DNA of 56,640 bases, the filler included, from Catajapyx aquilonaris (taxonomy: Eukaryota): NCBI GenBank assembly GCA_000934665.2. It is 2 parts of 2 records of this genome, joined end to end, with 100 filler letters (N's around TTAATTAATTAA, not from the genome) between each part and the next. Parts side by side here need not be neighbours in the genome. Positions count along the whole stretch, not along the records: positions 1 to 28,262 come from JYFJ02004939.1; 1 more part is not named here. The stretch is one strand, 5' to 3'. The translations under genes and the position numbers were made by a program. The notes beneath the pieces were generated by a model. The model was not told the DNA's origin. It made no database searches and saw only the letters and a program-made list of their open reading frames with translations. Shown here piece by piece: positions 11,703-24,328 of the stretch. The number at the start of each line of letters is the position of its first letter. The stretch's first letter is position 1.

Positions 11703-12021
11703 ATACCCGACTGAAGGAAGCGATCAGGTTGGACACATGTGGAGGGCGAATATGACGTGATACACAAGTGACACATGTCAGAGTATCCATTGTCTGGGTG
11801 TTTCACGAGATTATATTGTTCATACAGCCAGATGTACAGTACATAGGTATACTACCATAACGAACTGTTATTGTCTAAGAAACAGATATTGTACAGTTGA
11901 GTGGGGCTTAACGTCGGCCTATTTCTGCCTCTAAGGCTCAACACCGACGTCAGGGGGTGGTCCTCCTCCTGGAAATTTGGCCACTCTGGGGATCTTTAAC
12001 GTGCACTCGCGCCGCCTTCCT

Positions 12022-13321
12022 TTATTTTTTCCTAAAAGCCCCGCGCATCCATGTCCGTGCGTCTTTGCAGAACAAAACAAGGGCATCCATATAGCTCTGG
12101 ACCCTGAAAAAAGGGGTGAAAAGATGGACCATTTTAACTGTTACATACAAAACGTTCCTACCTGTAGATGTAAAGGAACACGTTTATTGCAAAGTAGTAG
12201 AGCGGGATGAAGGAAAAGTAGAGGTACGGAGGATTCCAAGGTCCTTCCGAGGTGAACATGTAGATGAGGAACAGCGGAAGTATCGCACTGGTGTAAGCCG
12301 CTCCTAACAAGGTCAGGAGAATAGTCATCTTCTTCTCTCGTTCCTTCAGATCCTCAAGGGTGTTATTCCCCACATCTCTGCAAATATGGGGCCACTTTTT
12401 AACGTTCTTAGATTGGTCAACCTGTAGTCACATACGCACTTGAAATGCTTAAATTGTGACCAATTTTGACGTAGTTTGATCCATGTGAAAAGGAGGCAGA
12501 TCTGAACTGTGATCCATGTAAGTCCTAGAGTCACTCCAAATGCTTTTAGCTGGTAAGCGTCACTCATAATACCGCACAAACCCTGTCGCCTGCTATATCC
12601 CATTTCGGAATGAACCTATTTGAATTTAATATAAATTGTTGTAAAGTCACTGGGTAAGACGTATGGCACCGATACTCACACTGGCCGATATGGGAACCAC
12701 AGCAGATACTACCCAGACCACAAGGACGGCAGGTATGCTCCCATATGGCTCGAAGGTGGCAGAAGCTGCTGCAGGCCACCAGAGTGCCAAAGTCCTGTGT
12801 ACGTGAAGACATGATGCTACTACCATATTGGTCTTCTTCGGTTACTGCTCTTACCTACTAAGTGTAGCTGCTGCTAAAGAAGTGGGTGAGGCAGCTCCTG
12901 TCCAGGGTACAATGAACGAGAATATGTAGCAGAACCTGGCTCCAAATATCCACTTCTGATAAAGCATCGTCACTGCTGAGGGTGAAAAGCTAATGGAGCA
13001 GAAGATGCAGTCTGCCAGACTCAGGCTTAGGAGCAACACCGTGGTTGGGCTCTTCAGGGGACTTCGAGGATTATTGTTCTTCCACCTGGCGTAAGGAATG
13101 GCCACCAGAACCAGCAAGTTGCCGAATCCTCCAACCACACTCAGAAGTAAATAGTATGTTGCTGCGATGATGTTGAAGAGGTAAGGATGGTCCGGGTAGC
13201 AGCAGGAAGGGGCATCCTCTTGGGTCAGACACACCAGAGATGTCTCCTGGTCGTCTCTGGTGCAGAAGGAAGACATGTTGAACTCGGCGATGGAAGTATT
13301 GGCCTGCTCTGATCCAGCCAT
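12022..13321 (-). CDS. Divergent class A GPCR, array copy 4, 5 exons, 351 aa
   Basis: Exons 13321-12855, 12794-12680, 12615-12440, 12377-12162, 12103-12022; C-terminus shortened (FRKK*) at an adjacent repeat. Confidence 0.87.
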
Positions 13322-13430
13322 TGCAAGAGACTAATGTGAGTCGCAATGGATTGTCGTGTGATTACATATGGCTCAAGTAATGTGGTGGAATGCGCGACAT
13401 CCAGTATCAGCAGCGTATTGTGCGTATAAT

Positions 13431-13490
13431 GTGTCAGAAAACAATGGGACACTCGCTATCACACTGACAGGAACCAAACAGTTGACATAA
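13431..13490 (-). promoter_or_regulatory. Conserved upstream motif of the GPCR array (representative copy)
   Basis: Plus-strand TGTCAGAAAACAATGGGAC...TGACAGGAACCAAAC recurs about 110-210 nt upstream of the ATG, at ~3705, 7024, 7455, 13432, 15263, 17433, 20574, 22370, 24121, 26135 and 28084. Confidence 0.7.
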
Positions 13491-13667
13491 TAATTATACG
13501 ATGGTTAGACATATGGCTCATTCAAATGAAAACAAAAGGGAAGGTCATAGAGCAAGCAGCTTTATTGCAACGGGTTGTTGATCATTGCCATTTATCATAA
13601 TGGTCTTTTTGTCTTTAAGGCTGTTATAGAGTTTTCGTGTTGTTCTGACACTGGGAAACTCGTTCAA

Positions 13668-15128
13668 TTATGGAATCTCTCTTTTAGATAAAATTGCAAC
13701 CTTCCTAAAAGCCATTTGCATCCATGTACGTGCGTCTTTGCGGAACGAAACAAGGGCATTCATGTAGCTCTGGACCCTGAAATTAGGAGTGAATAAGCCT
13801 AGATGGCTGCCTTTGACTGGTTGTATTTTATCAGTGTAATAATTAGGTATTGTATATACGTCATGAGATGAAGAGATTTTTCAACGGTAATATTATTGCG
13901 TGAGAAAACTGGTAAATCCGTTACACACATAATGTCTTACCTGTAGATGTAAAGGAACACGTTTATGGCGTAGTCGTAGATGGTGATGAAGGTAAAGTAT
14001 ATGTACGGAGGACTCCAAGGTCCTTCAGGGGTAAATACATAGATCAGGAAAACCGGAAGTGTAGTGCTGGTGTAGGAAGCTCCCAACAATGTGAGGAGAA
14101 TGGCCATCTTCTTCTCTCTTTCCTTCAGCTCCTGAAGGGTGCTCTTCCCCATTTCTCTGGAAAATATTTGTGGATTTCATTTTTGGTTCTGAGTTTTGTC
14201 AACATGTAGTCACATACGTACTTGAAACGTTTCAGCTGAGACCAATTTTGACGTAGTTTAATCCAGATGAGAAGGAGGCAGACCTGAACTGTGATCCATG
14301 GAAGTGCTATAACAACCCCTATTGCTGTTTGCTGATCACCGTAACTCAACATACCGCAGATACCCTGCTGCCTGCTATATCCTATTTCTGAATGAATCTA
14401 TTTGTGTATTATAATTAACATTTTAATAGTTCATTGGAAAAGACATGTTTATGTGGCAACATTACTCACACTGGCAGATATGGGAACCGCAACAGACACG
14501 ACCCAGACCACAAGGACGGCAGGTATGCTCCCATATGGCTCAAAAGTGACAGCAGCTCCTGAAGGCCACCACAGTGCCAATGTCCTGTGGACATGAAGAG
14601 ATCATGCTACCACTATGACTGTAAGCCCAAGAAGAAGTCAATATGGCGTCAAGCACATTACCTGCTAAGTGTAGCTGCTGCTAATGAAGTGGGTGAGGCC
14701 ACTCCTAGGTAATGGGCGACGAAAGAGAATATCTTGCAGAATCTGGCTCCTAGTATCCATTTCTGATACAACAACGTCAATGCGATGATCGGAAAGATGA
14801 CTAAGCAGAAAAGACAGTCCGCCAGACTCAGGCTGAGAAGGAGGACCGTGGTGCAGCTCTTCAGAGGACTTCTAGGATCAGTGGTCCTCCACCTGGCGTA
14901 GGGAATGGCCACCAGCACCAGCAAGTTCCCAAATCCTCCAGCAACACCCAGAAGGAGCCAGTACGTTCCTGCGAAGAGGTTGAAGTAGTATGGGCGATCT
15001 GGGTAACAGCAGGAAGGAGCATCCTCTTTGGTCAGACACACAAGAGATGTCTCCTGGTCGTCTCTCGAGCAGAAGGACGACATGTTGAACTCGGCGGTGT
15101 AAGTGTTGGCCTGCACTGAACCAGCCAT
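13668..15128 (-). CDS. Divergent class A GPCR, array copy 5, 5 exons, 360 aa
   Basis: Exons 15128-14662, 14584-14470, 14397-14222, 14156-13941, 13776-13668. Confidence 0.88.
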
Positions 15129-15559
15129 TGCAATGGACTAGATTGGCGGAGTAATGGATTGTGTTGTTATTAGGGGATTTACATAAAGTGATGGCCAGAT
15201 GTGATTTGATGTAGAGGAATTTTGGAACAATAATATCAGTAGGATACTATGCGCATAATAAATGTCACAAAACAATGGGACAAGCACCATCACATCCTGA
15301 CAGAAACCAAACAGCTTACTGACATATATTACATTAGATAGTAATTTTTATAGCCAAACATCTGGCCCTATTTGTACTAAAATTAAATAAGAGGCAGACC
15401 AACACTAGAATCCACGGAAGACAAACAAAATAATTCGCTTCAATCAACAATGAGAAAAAAATCTCTCGTTCTGCTGTCGCCATATCTCTGCAGGAACTGT
15501 TAAGTGCTTAAGTCCACATAAACGACAACAGAACATCATTTTGGAATTTCAATTACACC

Positions 15560-15666
15560 CTGTAAGGGCGGACCACAGAATAATGGCAGTCGAATGACGG
15601 TTGGCGTCCCGGACAGACAGACAGACAGCAGACAGACGGAATCACATCTGTCTTTATTGATACAGA
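15560..15666 (-). mobile_element. Non-autonomous Helitron-like 5' end with (CTGT)n
   Basis: Minus strand begins TCTGTATCAATAAAG followed by a GTCT microsatellite. Confidence 0.5.
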
Positions 15667-15811
15667 GTGGGACTAACTGGTTTATTGCAACGAGATGTTT
15701 AACACTGCCATTTATTATGTCGGTCTATTTGTCTTCAAAGCTGTTATCGTCTACTTGTTGTTCTGACACTTAGAAACATCATGCTGGTTCACTTATTGTG
15801 CCTATGGCATC

Positions 15812-17288
15812 TCACTTCCAGGGTGAAACAGCAACCTTCCAAAAGGCCCTTTGCGTCCAGGTCCATGCATCTTTGCAAAACAAAACAACGGCATCCATGT
15901 AGCTCTGGACCCTGAAATAAAGGGGGTGAATATTGTAGAGTAGATGGCTGCCTTTTACTGGCCGGATTTTATCAACAGTTTAATTGGATACTGGACGTCA
16001 TGAGATGGAAAGATTTTTCGTATTATTGAGTAAGAAGTAGTTGAGAAAACGGGTAAATATGCTACACACATAATGTCTTACCTGTAGATGCAAAGGAACA
16101 CGTTTATGCCGTAGTCGTAGAGCGTGATGAAAGTAAAGTATATGTACGGAGGACTCCAAGGTCCTTCAGGAGTAAATACATAGATCAGGAAATTCGGAAG
16201 TTTCGAGATGGTGTAGGCAGCTCCCAACAAGGCCAGAAGAATGGCCATATTCTTCTCTCGTTCCTTCAGCTCCTGAAGGGTGCTTTTCCCCATTTCTCTG
16301 CAAAAGATTTGTTGAAATTTTTTAGGTCATTGTTTTGTCAACCTTCAGTCACATATACTCACTTGAAACGTTTCAACTGAGACCAATTTTGACGTATTTT
16401 GATCCAGATGAGCAGGAGGCTGATCATAAATATGATCCATGGAAGTACCACAGCAATACCGATTGCTGTTTGCTCATCATCGAAACTCAATATACTGCAG
16501 ATACCCTGCTGCCTGCTATATCCTATTACTGAATGAGTCTATTTGCGTATAATATAATATAATTAATATTTTCATTGGGTAAGACGTATGGCAACGTTAC
16601 TCACACTGGCCGATATGGGCACCGCAGCAGACACAACCCAGACCACAACAACGACAGGGATGCTCCCATATGGCTCGAAAGTGACAGCAGCTGCTGCAGG
16701 CCACCAGAGTGGCAATGTCCTGTGGACATGAAGATAATATGATGCATTGTAGGAGGTCTTCCAAGAGGAAGTCACGCTGGCATCAAAGTGAAACCTTTCT
16801 TCATTAAGTTACAGCCCTTACCTGCTTAGTGAAGCTGCTGCTAATAAATTGGCTGAGAACACTGCTAGGTAATAAGCGATGAAAGCGAATATGTAACAGA
16901 ATCTGACTCCTAGTATCCACTTCTGATACAACAACGTCAATGCGACGATCGGAAAGAAGAAGAAGCAGAGGATGCAGTCCGCCAGACTCAGGCTCAGGAG
17001 CAAGACCGTGGTGCAGCTCTTGAGGGGACTTCGAAGGTCCGTGGTCTTCCACCTGGCGTAGGGAATGGCCACCAGAACCAGCAAGTTCCCAAATCCTCCA
17101 ACAACACCCAGAAGAAGCCAGTATATGGCTACGATAATGGTGAAGTAGTATGGGCGATATGGGTAACAGCACGAGGGAGGATCCTCTTGGGTCAGGCAGA
17201 CAAGAGATGTCTCCTGGTCGTCTCTTGTGCAAAAGGACGACATGTTGAACTCGGCAGTGTAAGTGTTGGCCTGCTCTGAACCAGCCAT
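15812..17288 (-). CDS. Divergent class A GPCR, array copy 6, 5 exons, 357 aa
   Basis: Exons 17288-16822, 16719-16605, 16538-16363, 16297-16082, 15911-15812; a 1-nt insertion near the end gives SPWK* instead of SPGSEIP*. Confidence 0.87.
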
Positions 17289-17916
17289 TGCAAGAGACTA
17301 GATGGGTAGAGTGATGGATTGTCGTGTGATTACATGACTGTGGGGGATTTACCTCAAATGATGGACAGGTGCGACTTGATGTGTGGAGGAATTCTCAAAC
17401 TATATATTAATAGTATCCTCTGCACATAACATATCAGAAAACAATGGCACTATAGAACCATCACACCGTGACAGGAACCAAAAAACATACTGACATACAC
17501 GAGAGTTATACAATAGTTGACTCGGGATATAACAGCCTCGGTTACAACGGACTTTTGGTTATAACAGACTAGAGGGGGGAGAAATTTGGGAACAAAACCC
17601 ATGTGACCGTTCAGTCTTTTTCTGGGCCAACTCTATCCGCAATCATCATTTTTTTAAACCTATTCTATTGGGACAAATTCCACGCATGCGTCGACTTCGC
17701 CACTCGAGGCGTGATTGTTCATCTCAGATGAGGTAATGGAAACCTTTGGATTATTATTTTAAATTACAGATGCAATGGGCCATAGGGCCAGTTTCAATCA
17801 TATCGAGTATATGGATGAAGTTTTTGTACTGTATTTCATTATTGCATACCCGTACTACCACAATACACAATAGTCTACTTGTTGTTCTGACACTTAGACA
17901 CATCATGCCATTTCAC

Positions 17917-20446
17917 TTATGGAATCTCACTTCCAGGTGAAACAGCAACCTTCCTAAAAGCCACGTGCATTCCGGTCCGTGCGTCTTTGCAGAACATAAC
18001 AAGGGCATCCATGTAGCTCTGTATCCTGAAAGAAATAAGGGGCGTATAGAAGGGAGCCTTTGACTGATCATATTTTGTCAGTGGAATCTCTATCTCTATA
18101 AATAAGGAGAGTTTGTTTGTTTGTCCCTTATAGAAATCCAGGGGAAGGCCCCTACACCGCCTCAAATTAGCATATCGGGGGTTACTTTTTCCAAGGAATC
18201 TAACGCCGCATGTTTCAGCTTCCGAAAATGTACCTAACTCCCACAACACGCATATTCCTGCCTCAACAATTAGCTTACATCAGTAACAATAAATCAATTT
18301 GCATTCCCATGGAAATGCCTCTCTTTTTTTAGCTATTTACCTCCCTGCATCGTACCGCAGGGAGAGAACCTTTATTTCGTCTTGATGGAACCTTTTTGAC
18401 GTAGCGCCCGGGCCCACGGGCAGCGTGACTGGGAGGGGATGTGCAAGGTGCAAGTGCAATTCTCAAACGGTATATTTTGTGAACTCCCCCGGGTGGATTA
18501 GTCTGAGGAGATTCCACCCGAAACGAAGCCAGAGACGACCCAACTCTGCACGGGATGAAGGGGGGAACCCCGGGCTGATGGGATCGAACCCGACGTTTCC
18601 GCAGCGCCACTTTGTCTCCCCTAAGAAATGCCCTTATATATGCCACAATACCTAGCAAATTAAACAATCTCCGTAAATTCAACGCATCCACCAATTACGC
18701 TAACTGGCCACCTCACGTGACTTCGTATCTTATGGTAATTCCGCCGGGATTTTGTGTGATTTGAAAGTAGACTTCCAGACAAAGTAAATACAATTAAATA
18801 ATACAGTATTTGCAAAATATTGCTCCGTGTTGAAAACAAAATTTCCCATCATACATCTGTACGTACATTTCTAAAGTTATTCAGAGCAAACATGGAACGA
18901 GGTGGGGTTGGGGGGGGGGGGGTCAAGGGGTCAAAAATGCAGGGGAAAAAAACACATGGCTGTGCAGTCTTTTCCCGGGCCAACTCCATCCGCATTCCTC
19001 TTTTTATACATCCAATCAGAATATCCGTGTCGACTGTACGCTATAAGACAAGCAGGTAATCTATCACAGATATGTACCCCTATCTTTACCAGCACCCCAA
19101 CATACCCCGGGTAACCTGCTAGTATTAGATACGTCATGGCATGGGAAAGATTTGAACGGTATAATATTGTTGAAGTAGAAATGATGAAAAGTAATAAATA
19201 TGTTACATGCAAAATGTCCTACCTGTAGATGTAAATGAACACGTTTATGGCGTAGTCGTAGAGCAAGATGAAAGCAAAGTATAGGTACGGAGGATTCCAA
19301 GGTCCTTCAGAGGTAAACATGTAGATGAGAAAACTCGGAAGCGTCGTACTGGTGTAGGCAGCTCCTAACAATGTGAGGAGAATGGTCATCCTCTTCTCTC
19401 TTTCCTTCAGCTCCTGAAGGGTGCTCTTCCCCATCTCTCTGCAAATGTAGGTGCATTTAAAAAGTTATTAGTTATGTCAACGCGCAGTAATATACGTACT
19501 TGAAGCTTTTAAACTGTGTCCAATTTTGGTGTAGTTTGATCCAAATGAGCAGGAGGCAGACAAGAACTGTGATCCATGGAAGTACTACACCAATCACGAA
19601 TGTTGTTAGCTGATCATCCCCACTCAATATACCACAGAAACCCTGATGCCTGCTATATCCCATTTGGGAATGAACCTATTTGCATTTAATTATTAATAAT
19701 GTGTTATTACGTCATTGGATGGGACGTCAGCATACTTACACTGGCCGATATGGGAAAAGCACTAGACGCGACCCAGACCACAACGACGACAGGGATGCCC
19801 CCATATGGCTCGAAGGTGAGAGCAGTCCCTGCAGGCCACCACAATAACAATGTCCTTTGGACAAGAAGATATCAGGCAAGATATTATCAGGGGTCGTTCA
19901 TGAAGAAAAAGTCACACTGGCATCAAACACCCAATATACGACCAACCTTAATGAACCTCATTACGCATATCTGTCTTACCTGCTAAGTGTAGCTGCTGCC
20001 AATGAATAGGGCGAGGCCACTCCTACGTAATAGATGATGAAAGCGAATACGTAGCAGAACCTGACTCCAAATATCCACTTCTGGTATAAGTACGTCAATG
20101 CTGTGACGGGAAAGAAGATGAAGCAGTAGAGACAGTCCGCCAGACTCAGGCTGAGAAGGAGGACCGTGGTTGGACACTTCAGAGGACTTCGATGGTCCGT
20201 GGTCCTCCACCTGGCATATGGGATGGCCACCAGCACCAGCAAGTTGCCAAATCCTCCTACCGCACTCAGAAGCAAATAGTATGTTGCTGCGATGATATTG
20301 AAGTTGTACGGGTGATCCGGGAAGCAGCAGGAAGGAGTATCCTCTTTGGTTAAGCAGACAAGAGATGTCTCCTGATCGTCTCTGGAGCAAAAAGAAGACA
20401 TGTTGAACTCTGCTGTGTAAGTGTTGGCCAGCTCTGAACCAGCCAT
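17917..20446 (-). CDS. Divergent class A GPCR, array copy 7, 5 exons, 360 aa
   Basis: Exons 20446-19980, 19854-19740, 19675-19500, 19438-19223, 18025-17917; intron 4 enlarged by transposons. Confidence 0.87.
18087..19122 (+). mobile_element. Non-autonomous Helitron in GPCR copy 7 intron 4
   Basis: A|TC start with (GTTT)n and CTAG|T end; 3' end matches 52750-52810; absent from the homologous introns of the other copies. Confidence 0.8.
18402..18621 (-). mobile_element. tRNA-derived SINE (family A) nested in the Helitron
   Basis: Inverted homolog of 30633-30873, with A-box and B-box remnants. Confidence 0.8.
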
Positions 20447-20864
20447 TGCAGGAGACTAGATGGCGGAGTAATGGATTGTGTTGTGATTACATTGAGGCGA
20501 TTTACATAAAGTGCTGATGTTGAGGAATTATGTGGCAATAATATCCGTATATGATACTGATGTGCGCATGATATGTCATAAAACAATGGGACAGACACAT
20601 TCACACCGTGACAGACACCAAAGGGCCTACTGACGCAATAGATAGTAAGCTATACTGTATACGTGTAATTTCATATGAGGCGGGTATTGAAAGCATAGCA
20701 TAACATAACAAAGACCAACAGATCGAAGATTAAGACTAATCACTTTATTACAATGGGTGGTTAATATTGACCGCTGTCATTATTTTATCACGTTGGTCTT
20801 TTTGCCTTCAAGTCTATTATAGTCTTATTGTTGCTGTGACACTTAAAATCATCATCTGTTTCAC

Positions 20865-22250
20865 TCAGGTAATCTCATTTCCAGGTGAAACAGAAGCCAT
20901 CCTAAAAGCCCTGTGCATCCATGTCCGTGCATCTTTGAAGAACAAAACAAGGGCATTCTTGTAGCTCTGTATCCTGAAAGAAGTAGGTGAATAAATGGAC
21001 TCTGATAAATCCGTTACATACAAAAAAAAGTCTAACCTGTAGATGTAAAGGAACACATTTGTGACGTAATAGTCGAGCGTAAAAAAAGGAAAGTAGAGGT
21101 ACGGAGGATTCCATGGTCCTTCAGAGGTAAACACAAAGATGAGAAAACCCGGAAGAATAGAGCTGGTGTAAACAGCTCCTAACAAGGTGAGAAGAATGGT
21201 CATCTTCTTCTCTCTTTCCTTCAGCTCTTGAAGGGTGCTCTTTCCCATCTCTCTGCAAATATTGGGACGTCTTAAAAACGTAGTTACGTCAACTTTTAGT
21301 AACATACGTACCTGAAGCGTTTAAATTGTGACCAATTTTGACGTAGTTTGATCCAAATGAGAAGGAGGCAGACCTGAACTATTATCCATGGCAGTATTAC
21401 ACCAATCAAATGTGCTGCTAGCTGATCACCACGACTCATCACACCACAGATACCCTGCCGTCTGCTGTATCCTATTTCGGAATTAAACTATTGCATTAAA
21501 TATAAATAATGTGTTATTTAGTCATAGGATGAGACATGTGGCCACGTTACTCACACTTGCCCACATTGGAAAAGTACTAGACAGGACCCAAACCACAAGG
21601 ACGGCAGGTATGCCCCCATATGGCTCGAAAGTGACAGAAGCTGCTGCAGGCCACCAAAGTGCCAATGTCCTGTGGACATTAAGAATGATGCTACCACGAT
21701 GAAGAAGCCACGCTGGCATAGAACATACTCGTACTACCTACCAACATGTATATTTTCACGAACTTTCATTAAGTGACTGCCCTTACCTGCTAAGCGTGGC
21801 AGCTGCTAATGAATAGGGTGAAGCCACTCCTGCCAAAGGGATGATGAAAGATGATATGTAGCAGAACTTGGCTCCTAGTATCCACTTCTGGTAAAGCGCC
21901 GTCAATGCTGAGGATGGAAAACTAATGGAGCAGAAGATGCAGTCCGCCAGACTCAGGCTCAGGAGCAACACCGTGGTTGGGCTCTTCAGGGGACTTCGAG
22001 GATCAGTGGTCTTCCACCTGGCATATGGAATGGCCACCAGCACCAGCAAGTTGCCGAATCCTCCAACCACACTCAGGAGGAGAGAGAGAATTGCTCCAAT
22101 GATGTTGAAGTAGTATGGGTGATCCGGGTAACAGCAGGATGGAGCATCCTCTTGGGTCAAGCAGACAAGAGATGTCTCCTGGTCATCTCTTGTGCAGAAG
22201 GATATGTTGAACTTAGCGGTGTAAGGGTTGGACTGCTCTGAACGAGCCAT
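20865..22250 (-). CDS. Divergent class A GPCR, array copy 8, 5 exons, 359 aa
   Basis: Exons 22250-21787, 21669-21555, 21487-21312, 21252-21037, 20973-20865. Confidence 0.88.
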
Positions 22251-22494
22251 TGCAAGAGACTAGATGAGTGCAATGATGGAATGTCGTCAGAATACGTGTG
22301 GGGGATTTACATTACATCAGTGATGGCCAGATGTTGACGTAGAGGAAATATGGAGAAATACATGTAGTATGTCAGCAAACAATGGGACTATTCACAATCA
22401 CCTTGTCAGGAACCAAGCTCTTTACTGGCTATTACAAGGCTATTATAGTCTTGTTGTTGTTCCGACACTACTTAGAAACATCATGATGGGTCAC

Positions 22495-23983
22495 TTAGGG
22501 AATCTCACTTCCCGCAGCCTTCCTAAAAACCATGTGTATCCAGTTGCGTGCATCTTCGCAGAACAAAACAAGGGCATCAATGTAGCTCTGGACTCTGAAA
22601 GAAAGGGGGTGAATAGAGATTGTGACGATCCTCACTAGATGGTAGGAGAGCGCCATTACCATTCTTGTGATGAAAACAGGTAAAGCCAGGTAAAGCATGC
22701 TGATACACACAACTTACCTGTAGATGTAAAGGAAGACGTTTATGACATAGTAGTAGAGCGTGATGAAAATATAGTAATTGTACGGAGGATTCCAACGTCC
22801 TTCAGGAGCAAAAACATAGATGAGGAACACTGGAAGTGTAGTACAGGTGTAAGTAGCTCCCAGCAAAGTGAGGAGAATGGCCATCCTCTTTTCTCTTTCC
22901 TTCAGCTCCTGAAGGGTGCTCTTTCCCATCTCTCTGCAAATATTGGCACATTTTGAAACGTTTTTTGGTTTGTCAATGTGGAGTGACATACGTACTTGAA
23001 ATGTTTAAATTGAGACCAGTTTTGTCGTAGTTTGATCCATACGAGCAGGAGGCATATCAGAACTGTGATCCATGGAAGTGCTATAGCAATACCGAATGCA
23101 GTTTGCTGATCAACGTCACTCAACATACCGCAGAAACCCTGTTGCCTGCTATATCCCATTTCGATTTGTATCTGTATGTATATTTAATTTAATATGTCAT
23201 ACTACATCCTATGGCAATAAGACATTATTTAATAATGTCTTACTGTATTAAGTCATTGGATTACTCACAATGGTCGATATGGGAACCGCAGCAGACACGA
23301 CCCAGACCACAACGACGACAAGTATGCTCCTATATTCTGAGTCGCAGGTGACCGCAGTCCCTGCAGGCCACCACAATGCCAGTGTCCTGTGGACATTGAG
23401 ATATTCTATCACCATGTGGGGAGGTCTTCCATTAAGAAGTCACCCACCTGGCATTTAACACACCCAATACACATAAGACCAATCAGAATGTCTTTCAATA
23501 CAGTTACTGCCCTTACCTGCTAAGTGTAGCTGCTGCTAATGAATATGGCGAGACCACTCCCAGGTAATAGATGATGAAAGCGAATACGTAGCAGAACCGG
23601 GCTCCAAATATCCACTTATGGTATAAGTACGTCAATGCTGCGGCTGGGAAGAAGATGAAGCAGTAGAGACAGTCCGCCAGACTCAGGCTTAGGAGCAAGA
23701 CTGTGGTTGGGCTCTTCAGAGGACTTCGAGGATCAGTTGTCCGCCACTTGGCATATGGAATGGCCACCAGCACTAGCAAGTTGCTAAATCCTCCAACGAC
23801 ACCCAGAAGGAGCCAGTATATTGCTGCGAAGAGGCTGAAGTAGTAAGAATAGTCCGGGTAGCAACAAGGTGGAGCATCCTCTCGTGTCAAGCAGACTAGA
23901 GATGTCTCATGGTCGTCTCTTGTGCAGAAGGAAGTCACATTGAACTCGGCGATAGAAATCTTGAACTGCTCTGAACCAGCCAT
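22495..23983 (-). CDS. Divergent class A GPCR, array copy 9, 5 exons, 358 aa
   Basis: Exons 23983-23517, 23386-23269, 23171-22996, 22933-22718, 22594-22495. Confidence 0.88.
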
Positions 23984-24328
23984 TGCAATGGACTATGTAG
24001 ATAGAGTGATGGTGTGTCTGCCTTGTGGGACTGTGGGGGATTCACCTCAGGTAATGGCCAGCTGTGACTTGATGTGGAGGAATTTGCGAGTGATATCAGA
24101 AGGATACTCTGCGTATGACATGTCAGAACACAATGAGACAAGCTCCCTCACATTCTGACAGGAACCAAACGGTCTTCTGACGTAAGCGAGGGTTAAATTA
24201 TAATAATTTTGTGGGTCATTCCGTGTCAGTTCAGCCCCATTTGGACCATTGAAGTCTTGTTGTCCAGTCACTTAAAGTGTAAAGTTGTTACCTTACTTAA
24301 GCCAGCCTAAAACATCATGCCATTTCAC

